From: Marsupella aquatica
Lineage: Eukaryota > Plantae > Marchantiophyta
Direction: 5' to 3'
Length of the DNA stretch: 64,000 nucleotides
Assembly (NCBI GenBank): GCA_973895155.1
Contig: OZ316898.1
Location: forward strand, 18,797,292-18,861,291
Shown here: positions 26,001 through 37,537 of the stretch, one piece after another
How the letters are laid out: the number at the start of each line of letters is the position of its first letter
Position numbering within the stretch: the stretch's first letter is position 1
Notes under the pieces: model-generated
Told to the model about the DNA's origin: nothing
The model's input: only the letters and a program-made list of their open reading frames with translations
The model's database searches: none
Made by a program: the position numbers and the translations under genes

Positions 26001-28193
26001 GAAGGACTCAGCATCACAAATTTCAGTCGGAACTGGCCCACCAAGTACTGAAGGTGATTTCACGCACTCTCCATTAAGATGAAAATGTTGGACAAGCTGA
26101 TTTACCATCGTAAACACATGCAAAACGATTAGCCACCTCCAGAAGACTTTCAAATTCTTCTCGTGAGCTTTGCCGTTGTCGCGGCTCATTAAGAAAATAT
26201 GTTAAAGCACTGACGGTAGCTTACATATTTGAAGGACTGCAGCAGCTCCTCCACTTCGGAATTACCGAACCATCCTGCTAGGCACGCACTCTACAATGCC
26301 GCGTCAGAAATATGACCAAGATACCTCCATAGACCGCGTTCAGATTCTAAGATACGGTACACACAGACGAGACCAGCAATCCAGCGATTCAAAAAGTACG
26401 TGACACAACTTCAGAGTCATATTTTCGCTATTGCCACAATATGTCCGAGCCTAGAATGCAGTGGAAAAGATATTAAGGGAGTGACTGTCCCACTACCTTA
26501 ATTGATAGCATTAACACCATAACTGACGGCCGCAGCATGTCGTCAGACTTGAAGTGCGCAAACTGTTCATATTGTACAAGATGTTAGGCAAATGGCAAAA
26601 ACATCTAACATCAGCTAAGGGATTAATAAACCAGCGTGACAAGCAGCACTGATGTAGCAGTGTATCAAAAGTTTAATTTGTCCAACTGGTGTACAACAAA
26701 GTGACTACGAGACAAAGGGTCGTCCCAATATAACCCAACCTCTAACGCAGGACAGCTAAAATCCACCAGTTACAAGCATGTTGCGACCAACCTGCTTAAA
26801 ACATTTGTGAATTAGCTGCGGCTGATTGGGCTTTTGATTACTTGCCACTGTGTGATCAATGAACCTGCAAAAATGAACACAAGGGCCCGTTAATTCCCAA
26901 ATTTCTATCAATATTCAGCGTCAGTCGCCCAATTCAACTTAACCACACTAGTACAAGCACCGTCGATATCTAATTGGCACATTTAGGCCTGACAGAGTGG
27001 TCCGATGCATGCCATCCTTTCCAGATAAGACCAAACTCACCGCAACAGTGTCAAAGTCCGCCTGGATAGCACAACATACACGAAGATGCTAAATGGCATC
27101 GAAACAGCAACTCTTATGGTTTATCAGTTAACCAGCTACATAATTACTAGAACCGACGACAATGCAGTGATCAAGCATCGACCGTGAATACACCGTCAGT
27201 CACTTAAATTATTAAAAATAACTCACACATCATCCACCTGCCGGAATTCTAGATTTCTCAACTTCAGGGAGGACATTGCGAGACCAAGCAAGAGGAGCTA
27301 ATCCTAGTAAACCCAAACTGTAAACCACTGTCATCCAGCACAGAGAACTGTAGTGCCACGATGCTTAACGTGAAAGCAACCTTCCTCTCCAATTTGTTGC
27401 ACAGCCACGAACCCCTTAAATGTCCCTTAACAGATTGTAAAACTACAATAAATATTACAGCTAAAATCATTCAACCTGTGACAAGTCTGAATCACTGGGA
27501 TCTTTCTCACTTCGCAAGCGACCTTAGGGTGACAACATTCAGAAGAACTCGCAAGGAATTTGTACCCCTGATTCTTCTTTAGAATTTTTCGTTTCGATTA
27601 TTTCCTTATTTTTTTCTCAGAGCAACTGTGAAATTCAGCTACGGATTCCATCAAAACTCTGACAACATTCGTACGTCGATAACAACACATTAACTCAAGC
27701 ATTTGCAGGGTACAAGTGAAACTAAAACCTAAACCCATCAACCCTAATCCAAATCTCCTAGAGCAAAGGTTGGGATTCCACGATGGAGGCCAATTTCACA
27801 AAAAGCAGAAGGACCAACAGAAAGGAGCTGCTTCTCACCACAATGCAACAGTCAAAACACTCCACCGCAGAAATCAAACCAAAGCACCGGACGACACGAG
27901 ACGGCTCGAGCGGAGGAACCGCGAAAATACACCCCAGGGAAGGTCATAACTCACTTGGAGAGGTTCAACAGCTGCGACGACAGGTCCCGGCGCTCAATGC
28001 TCCCTCCTTCCAGCAACCGCTTCGATAATTGTTCTGTTAGAGCGGACATTCGAGCCGCGAAAGCCATATCTACCATCTCCCCACTCAGGCCATTTGGGCA
28101 TCGGCCACGCGAAACGCAAGACTCGCGATATTCCCGTCTCTCGGCACTCTTGCTTTCCTCGAGACTCGGCTCCCAATACTCCTGCAAGTCCAT
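20093..28193 (-). CDS. PIAL: PIAL-type SUMO ligase with SP-RING (MIZ) zinc finger and Q-rich disordered C-terminus, about 16 exons
   Basis: GT-AG exons, approximate: 28193-27955, 26864-26792 (FIDHTVASNQKP), 26562-26497 (SVMVLMLSIK), 26290-26225 (SACLAGWF..EELL), 26096-25981, 25792-25741 (YFPRL), 25396-25331 (PGY..IDF), 24550-24483 (RLFV...TSAC), 24278-24227 (FLVNGKGVEKR), 23914-23830 (SGPQWP..G.NLLQ), 23608-23507, 23277-23225 (SRISLRCPI), 23080-23029 (TPVKGVSCRHHQ), 22793-22677 (FDY...RRPSWRCPCC), 22460-21437, 20942-20093. Motif order matches Arabidopsis PIAL1/PIAL2 as I recall them. Confidence 0.93.
21480..21610 (-). repeat. CAG/CAA polyglutamine-coding tract inside PIAL
   Basis: Encodes [44 protein letters not shown]. 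Confidence 0.95.
24907..25110 (-). mobile_element. About 200-bp GC-rich, A-tailed retroposed insert in a PIAL intron
   Basis: Flanked by an 18-bp direct repeat matching at 16/18 (tttcacgcttcttcgttt 24889-24906; tttcactcttattcgttt 25111-25128). A-rich tail on the minus strand; several hairpins. Confidence 0.65.
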
Positions 28194-29354
28194 GGCTGTC
28201 CAGACCTTTGGTCCGAGTGCAGAAACCACCCCTACCGTTCGCTCCTTGGTTGTCCAGACCTTTGGTCTGAGCGCAGGACTACCCCTGCCGTTCGCTGGAC
28301 GCAAGCTATCATGAAAACGAGAACCACCGTCGTTTCTCTGTTCCTGTAAAGCGTTGAAAGGTGGATCTCCCTCTGCGTCGAAAAGTACTCTTGTCCGGAT
28401 ACATTGGCGCGGACCCACAGTCTCACGAGACAGGGCTCTGCAGGACCACTCCCACGAGCTTGTCCATTGTGCTGAACCCGCTTCGGGATTACAGTAGGCC
28501 CATCCCAGAAGCTCTAAGGTGGATCGGGATTTGTTGTTTTTGGTGGCGAAAATTTGTCAAATCACAGTTCACTGGAAAGTTTTCGATTAACCAATCTCCC
28601 ACCTAGCCACAGAATCTGACGGTTCTGGTTAGATGTAGGGAAATCTAAGGGTGGCCAATTCAAGATTTTAAATATTTTTTACATTTTCTCTTGTTTACAA
28701 AGTGACATTTGTCACCCTATCTAAAATGAAAAAAACCCTAAGAATTCCCTTTTGAGACTGAATCGCATCTCTTGGGTTCTGGTCCCACTATTGAGGGCCA
28801 AGCGGACTCTAAATCAAAGATTGCCATGTGTAGAAGTCCAACCTCAATGGCAAATTGTGCGCAATGAGAGCCAGAAAGCAACAATGGAACCACCAAATAA
28901 CTGATTGGCTTGCAGCATTTCGTATTGGGAGAGAAGCAAGCTATTATGGTGCCTTTGGGGTGGAGTATGGTCACCCTTCCCCATTCCCTTTTTAGGGACT
29001 CCATGGGAAGCTTCTTCCAAAATCTCTAGCACCACAGTGAGCCACATCATCAGGTTCAGTCACAAATAGAAACAATGATCGATGTTTTTAACAAGAAACA
29101 AACGCAACTATTTGTGTTTGATGCAAGGCAAGGAAAAACAGTTATACTCAGTAACTGGAAACAATCAAGAAACAGAAAAGTGAATTTTAGAACAACAAAC
29201 AGTTGGGTAAAACGAAGTTACCATTTTGATGTGTCGTCAGTGATATATCAGTGTTCTCCATCAAATGCTTGTGGTTTTTACTTTTTTGAAAGTTTTGAAA
29301 AAACAAACTGATAGAAATACAAATAGTTAAAACCACTTAGGCTCCATAGTTTAA

Positions 29355-30000
29355 AACAAAATAATCAATCTCCTTAGTACCTGATGAAATATGTCAACGT
29401 TAGATTCATTAGAAAGCTAGAGAAATTTACAAACTCATAACCTCTTTAGTACTTGATGGAATCTCCCAAATGAATGTCATACCCATTGGAAAGGTAGTGA
29501 AGATTAAAAACTCATCATCTCTTTAATACTCTTCAAAATCTGTCAATGTCAAGTTCATTGGGAAGCTACAAAACTTTACAGACTCATGATCTTTTGGTAT
29601 TTGACAAAAACTCCCAATGTCACACATTAGAAAGCTAGAGAGATTCAAAAACTCATGACCTTCTTAGTACTTGATGATATTTGACATAAATTTTGTCTAT
29701 GTCGGACTCAATGCTGGAAAGCTAGAAGTATTCATGAACTCACGATATTTTCAAGACTTGACAAAATTTCTTAATGTCACACTCAAAAGAGAGAAATTAA
29801 AAAAACTCATCTAGTACTTGACAAAATCTGCTAATGTGATGCTCATTTGAAACCCAGAGAAATTAAGAAAATCATGATCTTGTTTTTCACTCATCTCTCA
29901 ATGAAACTTCTTGTGCTAAATACTTAGAAGCATTCTAGAAAATGGAACATTGAGAATGAGTTTAACATTGACAAATTTTGTCATTACTAAGAAGATCATG
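29355..30000. repeat. Degenerate tandem array of about 70-bp units (7-8 units) plus one inverted unit
   Basis: Recurring aaactcatgatcttcttagtacttgacaaaatct..aatgtca..cattggaaagctagaga at 29355-29880; reverse-complement unit near 29960-30000. Confidence 0.8.
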
Positions 30001-30288
30001 GGCCCTCAACCCACTTGGTTCCCATGAGTTTGAGAAATGGGTTGAGGGCCATTTGGACTCATACTTCTAAGGTATTCAAAGGACTAATAATGAAACTAGA
30101 GATGACACTCCCATATTGGTATCGGGATTGAAATGTTTGGGTTGGGTTCATGTGGAGATGAGTAGGAATATATAATGAATTGCAACATGGAAATGATCCT
30201 AGATTGAAGATGATCTAGGCCCTTAGCTTCACTGATCATGCAGGTACAAGCAATTCAAAAGCAGGGGGAAGCGGCAGGATGAGCACTA

Positions 30289-30858
30289 CCGTCTTCCCCC
30301 GAACACAGCGCCCGGGCGCTATATTTGAATAGTGAGTCAAGGGGCGTTATATTCGATTAGTGAGCCCTGGGCGTTGTGGTTGAGTTTTGACACTTTGTTT
30401 TGGATTTTTGTAACATGTGGCGTTGTGTTTGAATATTGGCGTTGTGTTTGAAAATTAACAATGTGTTTGAATAGTGGCATATAATCATAATGGTAAGCAT
30501 ATAATTATAATGGTAAGTATATAATTATAATGTGAAACATATTTGCTTTCAGTGCACTCACGGGTGCGCTCATTGTCGATAGCTTTTTGTTTGCTTTCAC
30601 AATGTCCTCACTCCAACATAATGTCAACTTCGAACACTTCATTGTAACGGAAGACACTACAGCAAACCCCTCACTCAAACATAGTGCCCAAGTTCGAACA
30701 CAACGTCATCCCCAAACACAATGCCAAATTCGAACACAACGCCCCGGTGCTGTGTAAATGTGGCGTTGTGTTCGAAGAAAACATGTTTTTTTGTATAATG
30801 ACACTAAATTTTCAACTTTCGAACACAACGCCCGGGCGCTGTGTTCGGGGGAAGACGG
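30289..30858. mobile_element. Tc1/mariner-type MITE
   Basis: Perfect terminal inverted repeat ccgtcttcccccgaacacagcgcccgggcg at both ends, flanked by TA (30287-88, 30859-60). Internal subterminal ggcgttgtgtt(c/t)gaa repeats in both orientations; no coding capacity. Confidence 0.88.
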
Positions 30859-33392
30859 TAGTATAGATATCCAAATTCCTTCATTTTCCAAGTTGCTCCA
30901 AGACCCCACACACTTTGTTCACATAATCATAGGTTGTCATGTAGGACTCATACAACAAGACACATAACTTTGATAGAACACTTGAAAATATTTCCAAGTA
31001 CTTGTCTCTCATTGAATTTAAGAATTAATGTAGGAAGCAAGGGCTTGTCTCTCATTGGTTTTAAGAATTGTTATAGGGAGATGGGGTCCACGATCTAATT
31101 TCTCACTAGCACAGGTTATGAGCTGTCATATGCCTCTCGACTTGCATCCTCCACGCGGGGGAGATATGTTTAAGTAATGTGTAATCTGAGACATATATCA
31201 CATCATACATGTTCCATATGGAGAAATCCCTGAAACTTTACTTGGTGAGTCCTTTCAGGCAAAAGCCTTCTTGGTGGCTCAAATGAAAACATAATTGCTA
31301 ATTAAAGAATTAGTGAGGAGCTAGTGTAATCATCAACACACATGTACAGAAGTTAGGATATCAATGAGATGACAGAGAAAAACACACGAATCATCAATCT
31401 ACTCATTTGAGAGCTGAATGAGGCTATAGACTTTGACCATTTCCTTCCCATTTTCCACCTCTATGTCTAGCATGTTCTTAAGTTTGAATAGGTTCAATAT
31501 ACTATTGCAAGGAAATCTGAAAAGAGAGAAAGATTTAGCTAACAAGATCCAAATTGAACGGTTGAAATTTCCAACTCATTTTAATCTTACACATGGAAAT
31601 GACATGACATGGTGGATTGAACGATCACACAGAGGCCGGGTTGAGACTAAATACATTGAACCAAGTTGACCCATGCCACTTCCCACTGAATCTACACAGT
31701 TGGTGTCTAGCAATGACCACTCAAGATTGTGTTGTGCTAAAGTAAAACGAGAGAGTTATAGTTTGTGTCCACAGTGACACAACCAAATGGACAAACTACT
31801 TTAATTACTGGTCGTAGTAATGGCCAATTTATAAAGAGGTGCTGAAAAGTGAACTACTCTTAGATGGATTCCTCGTTTGATTGGTCATGACTGGACCTCT
31901 TATGGCCTTTGGAAAGAGTACCACAGGGTGACAGAATCCTATTTTTTCCAACGACGAGCCACTGATTGTGCTCTTGCGATTCTTCCGTTGCTTGGTCAGT
32001 ACTGGACCTCTTTTGGCGACAGAGCGACAGTACGCTGCAGTGTACAAAGAATTCAATCAAAATCAGCGACACCCTATTTTTTGTAAAGATTTCTTCGCTG
32101 GTCGACCCGTTTTGTCTTTTGAGGCCTTCGTTGACATGTTTCAACTGACTTTTAAAATGCTTGCATTCAATCATTCTCTTTCCGCCAAATTGATCAGAGG
32201 TGACATGTTTCATTCTGTTGGGTGGGGACTGGGAAGCTCGTGATTGAGCTGGCGAAAGCTTAGTTTGGGTCATGTCTCATCATGACAGGAGTCACCATTA
32301 TGTACCGGCTGAGTTAATGTCATTGATTCCACCAGACTGACCGGTTTGCAACAATTCCCTCTGACCGTATTCCTGGGGTTGCGCTCTTCTCTTTTTATAT
32401 GGCCAGTGGTGTTTAATTAAGAGATTCATTCATGATCTTACACATTTCTTTGCGAAATGAAAGTGATTCCTTAGTAGTGGGCATCGTTCCAGCCTTCTCC
32501 GTGACATTGAATATTTGTTGTCCTGGCCATTGCTCTGATTGGAGCAGAGAGATTCGTTTGTGGTCATCATTCGCAATCTCTCGTTGAGATGACATAATTT
32601 CTTTCATCGTCATGGTTGGTGGTCATTGATAGGATTGTATCGTTTCTGGATTTCTATCCAGGTTAGTTCTGAATTTCTTTCACGGTTGTCTTCTGCGAAT
32701 TGTTTTCTGAGATCGATGCCATGCTCGGTCATTCGTTGCGGATTTATTTCTGAGAATACTAGAATTAATCCTTGGTCTGGAATTATTTCAGAGATCCGTT
32801 GGATGCATCACGGTCATCATTTGTGTTTCTATTCCTGACATTATTAAAGGTGTTCGTTGGTCGTGACTTGTGGACTGCAGTAGTACATTCTCATTCTCCT
32901 CGCTTGGGGACTCATTCCGAGATGAATGCGATGCTGCCATGATCAACGTGTGCGAATTTCATTCTGAGATAACATGAGCTTCTCTCATGATAATGTTTCG
33001 TGGTTTCTTTTCTCGACCTTGAAAATTTTCAGTGAAACTACATACAAAGCGCTTTCGTGGTTTCGTCCCTAGAGTTTGAGGGACGTTGTTAGTCATGGTC
33101 ATCAATCTGGATTTGACAGTGATATGAGAGAGCTTCCGACAAAGTCATGTACCAAGATATGTTTGAGACGGACAGGGATTCCTGCATGTCACTCTTTCCA
33201 GGTGTGGGCCCAAGGTCGAACTTGATCATTCTATCCAACAATGTGCCAGTCTATCCATCAACCACAGTACCTGTCTTCGTTTCGGAAAAGAAGCCTGATG
33301 GGTTGAGGTCCGTGAGGGCTATGACTACAGTAAGACGGACTTGTCAAGCAACCACGCAGAGCCGCCCCTGCGCTGCAAGATTGTCTCCATGG

Positions 33393-33538
33393 CGCTAAAG
33401 TCTTTTCATCCCAAGACCCCCTCAGTCTTTGGCTCGATGACGCTCAAGTTCTTTTCATCCCAAGACCCCCTCAGTCTTTGGCTCGATGACGCTCAAGTCT
33501 TTCGATCCAAAGACCCTCTCGGTCTTGGGCTCGATGAC
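33393..33538 (+). repeat. Three tandem copies of a 48-49 bp unit
   Basis: cgctcaagt(c)ttttcatcccaagaccccctcagtctttggctcgatga repeated three times, the third copy diverged. Confidence 0.9.
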
Positions 33539-35157
33539 CAGGTCGAGGTCTCCCTTCAAAACTCCAAGGACAGCCGCACCTTACTGTTGTAGTGTATCTC
33601 AAAGTTGGGTTATAGTACAAAAGTAATGTATAGGGTAATGATGGTTTGGTAGAGGTTACTAGCCTCTAACCTTGTAAGGAAATGTTTCGAGGGCTGCCAG
33701 GAAGCTTTGAGGAATAGGTTTGAGACTAGAACCCCTAAACCTGTCTGAACAAAAATTACCAGGTTATACTTTCAGGGCATAGGATTATGAAAATGGTAAC
33801 ACCTAGTAGAAAAGGTTACACACCAAGGTTACACACCGGTAACCTTTCTTCTTGACAGGAAGTATGGATATATAGCCCATACGGTAACTCTAGTTATCAA
33901 ACTAGGCAGCATTGACCTGCCCCGTAAGGTAGGGGTTATGGCCCCGCCTCAGTTTCATACCATATATCTTTTTCTTTCATTATGGATCAGCGGCAACCAA
34001 TATTTTTTTGGAAAAAGGCACATACTCTAAAACCAACTAAGAGAAGGAAACAAAAAAAAATTGCTATCAGTAATACCAGTCTAGCCTGAGGTTTGATCCA
34101 AAGCGTGAGAGATGGAAAGTGGGAACACAATTCTGCCCGAGGAATTGGGGCAAAACAAGAAAATGCCAGACTCTTTAAATTGCAGCCTAATGACTTTGAC
34201 ATAATAATGTTACCCAGCCCTCACCCCCATTCACCACTAAGTCCTCCCTGGTCCCAAGGGTAGTAGCCAGCTACCCCACCCAGTCACCACCTCCTGCTTT
34301 GAAGCAGAGGATGGTTGCTGCCTCTCCTCCTGGGTCCCAGTACAATCCCATGTCATCACATGCCTTGTCTAAGGGTCCCAACTGGGGTCCAGTAATTGCA
34401 CATCAAAATGTGACAATATATGGTGTACTGTGTAGGTGCATACCATGATAAAACACAAATATTTATTTAAATTGATGCTAGTCTAAATACGTTTCTGGCT
34501 TTCATTTTTTGATCTGTAACTACGGATGCCTTTGCCTAAACCTGTCTAACTCGCCAAATCTCCATGTTTTGTTATCTAGTTACCACTTGGTCTTTATTCA
34601 GAGAACTCTTGTTCGCTAAAGACCCTGGGTGGGCACCCCCCTTCGAGGAATGGTTCCATGAGGCTGCCACCTTTCCTTGGGGAGCCAATGGGATGGTGCC
34701 ATTGTGGCTACTTGCAGGAGACCTTACAATATAGCTGGTTCCTTTTATTCCCTGACGTAGGCTCCCCATCCCAGTACTGTTTTTGACCAGCAAAGGAACA
34801 AAGTAACAGCTACAAGAAAATAAAAAGTGTGGGATCCAAGAATGATCCCCTGATGACATTTCCCCATGTACCATTCATTGCACTTTATCCTTCCCCATGT
34901 AACGCGAGTGCCCTCCCACCACTCGTACAATATTCTCAATATTGTGTCCCTGTCCCACTTGTTCCAAAGTTTCCATAACCCCAAAGTGACTTTTTGTGGA
35001 TGATTGGACTGCAATTCATTTGTCCCATTACTAGTGTTTGAGAGCTTCTGTCCCACCCAAAAGATGTGAATGTAGGGACGGTAGCAGGACCCATGAAATT
35101 TAAATTATGTAGCATGTGTTCAAAGTTGAGGGACTTTAAAGCAAAGTGTATATAAAG

Positions 35158-36048
35158 TTGTGGGAAGCCTTGTGATGCGGCAGGTGTCCATCTTCGTCGA
35201 TGCAGTTTGGGCGGCGAAACCATTTTTGTTCACGACGCTGTGAGAGATGTGACTGCTCAGGTTCTCTCTGGCTCTTTGGTCTGCGCGCGGCGGGAGGTGG
35301 TGCTCGAGTTACCTGGTCCTCCATCACAGCGGTTACGGGTGGATCTTACCATGGTCCGTGAAGGTCACCGTACTTTGGCAGATGTAGTGGTGACAAACCC
35401 ATTGCGCCAAGACATCATTGGGACAACGGCAACAACGGCAGGGGCAGCAGCATCACGAGCAGCAACAACGAAGGAGGCCAAATATGTTGCACGAGCTTCA
35501 TCTGATAGCTTCCTGCCCCTTGCTCTTGAGATATTTGGGCGTCTCCATCATCAGTTCGACGGGCTTCTTCGCCAAGCTGCTCGGGATGTTCACGGCCGAA
35601 TGGGTCCCACTGGGCCCCCGCTATCTGTTTTGACCACGCACTTTCGCCAACGCATTTCAGTCACCTTACAGCGTGCTCAAGCTCGGGCCGTCTATCGTCG
35701 ATCTCTGACAGTGGGTGCTAGTGTGACTCCGCAGCGGCTAGCCCCCCTAGAGGACATTCCTGTCCCACTTGCCGATCTAGTTTCGACACTTGATGTAGAC
35801 CACTAGCTTGTTGCCACATTTGCTAGGTATGATGAGGACCTCGGTCCATTTGCGGTAGTTTTAGTTCCTCTTTCTTGGTTTTTAGGGGTTTCCTTTTGCT
35901 CACTTCTTTTAGTTCCTCTTTCTTGGTTTTTAGGGTTTCCTTTTGCTCACTTCTTTTGCGTTTGGTTTTGTCCACTTGGGACCTCTCTTGTTTATTCTTT
36001 TGTACTCTATTTGGCCTTTTTCTGTAAAAAGTATGTGTATATTTCTTT
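35158..36048 (+). mobile_element. 5'-truncated non-LTR retrotransposon encoding a CCHC knuckle and restriction-like endonuclease (CRE/R2 group)
   Basis: Frame open from 35159 to the stop at 35806: CGKPCDAAGVHLRRC..G....HDAVRD...RVDL...LADVVVTNP...KEAKY...FLPLALEIFG...RISVTLQRAQA. T-rich 3' UTR contains an internal duplication of about 49 bp. Exact 15-bp TSD aaagtgtatataaag at 35143-35157 and 36049-36063. Confidence 0.88.
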
Positions 36049-37026
36049 AAAGTGTATATAAAGAAAATTGAAGGGATGTACAATGTTAGTGTATAGCATA
36101 GTAAAGAGTAACCTTAACAGTTGACAGAAATGAACATACAGTATTGTGAGGGCTATACCATTTCTACAGTGGTAAACATTTACATAGGAGGTCATGTGTT
36201 CTTCAAGAGAAACAAGCTTCCAGACAATAATACCAGATACTAGCCCAAATACTCGTGTGTGCATGAGGAAGGGCTCTCTATACTCTACTCATATGTCTGT
36301 CCCTTGGCATCCCTGCTGACAAGTATAGTCTCAATATTATTGAAAAATGTTACTAAAAACTTATGGTCAATAAATCATGCATGGTAAAGCTTTGATCATG
36401 AATCTACAACTATAATAAGGCCTCGCGTCTTTTTTTCGTCCTTCGTCCCGTTATGAAATCCAGAGTCAGCGGAAATCAAAACTGGCCGTTAGATATTTTA
36501 GAGTATTTTTGTATTCATTTGATGAGCACTTGCCTCTCTGGCGAGGCCTCCCATGTCCGTGCCTTCATTATGGACCCCCCTCGTAATATATGTATACGGG
36601 CATCAATGCTCGCGATGTCTCGCCGGCCCTCACAATACCCCCGACAATACCCTGAAGCCCTGTCTGGCCCTCCCCTTGGTCCCGATGCACTTGCCCCTGC
36701 CTCTCGCCCTCCCCTTGGTCCCGATGCGCTCGCTTACTTACTCTAGCATATTCCCAAATCTAAAAAATTAGAATTAAATTTATGAATATCAAGTTATTAC
36801 AGTTAAGCTCAAATTTTGGAAAATGTGATCATTGAAAGACCAACCTTGTGGTCCATGGGGACTTTAAATTCCAAAAATGTGTGAACTTTTATTCAAAATA
36901 TATGATCTCTCAAAGGAAAATTTGTGTTTCCAGCTACAGTAGTCAATGCGAGGACATTTTACCATGAAACTCAACTTTAATGTGCTCTTGCGCAGGTGTA
37001 GAGTGTGCATGTAGCAATACGAGAAT

Positions 37027-37537
37027 CATCTTTTTACTAACCTGTCCCCCAAAACAATAGGAATTTACTAAGGTGTCACTCAAACAAATTTATTTACTAA
37101 CTTGACTTCCATTTTGTAAATGAGATAGTGTTGCTTCTGTAGATATAACTCAACCTTTGTACTTACCCGTGTAGGGACTCCAGCTGCCATGTGGCAAGTC
37201 ATCATTGGCTTTAAGGCTTAACCTGCTTATCTTCCCCTTCCCCATGTTGCCGGCCAAAAGTTCCAGGGCAACTAGCTAGGGGGCGATTAGTGCCACCAAA
37301 TTCTATTTTTCTTGGGACAACAACAATTTGTGAAGTGTTTTTTGCCTTGCAAAAGAGCATGGAGGGGGGGAAGATCAACAAGTTAAGCAGCAGCCAATGG
37401 TGCTTTGCCACATGGCAGTAGGAGGCCAGTGAGTACAAAATTGAGTTATGTATAATGAAACAATACATAGTAAATAAAATTGTTTGGGGACACTTTAATA
37501 AATTCACTTAGTTTAGGAGACAGGTTAGTAAAAGTTG
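37027..37537. mobile_element. Mutator-like foldback MITE with long imperfect TIRs
   Basis: Left catctttttactaacctgtc...ggtgtcactcaaacaaatttatttacta...tttgtacttac...ctgccatgtggcaa..cattggct is mirrored at the right end. 10-bp direct repeat atacgagaat at 37017-37026 and 37538-37547. Confidence 0.82.

Noticed and set aside
29355-29880. Regularly spaced repeats as a CRISPR-like array
   Set aside because: Eukaryotic context, whole units are homologous with no unique spacers, and no cas genes.
31150-33390. Possible LTR-retrotransposon relic (polypurine tract gcgggggaga near 31155; gag-like broken ORFs on the minus strand)
   Set aside because: No paired LTRs, PBS, or RT/integrase motifs found, and the two clues disagree in orientation.
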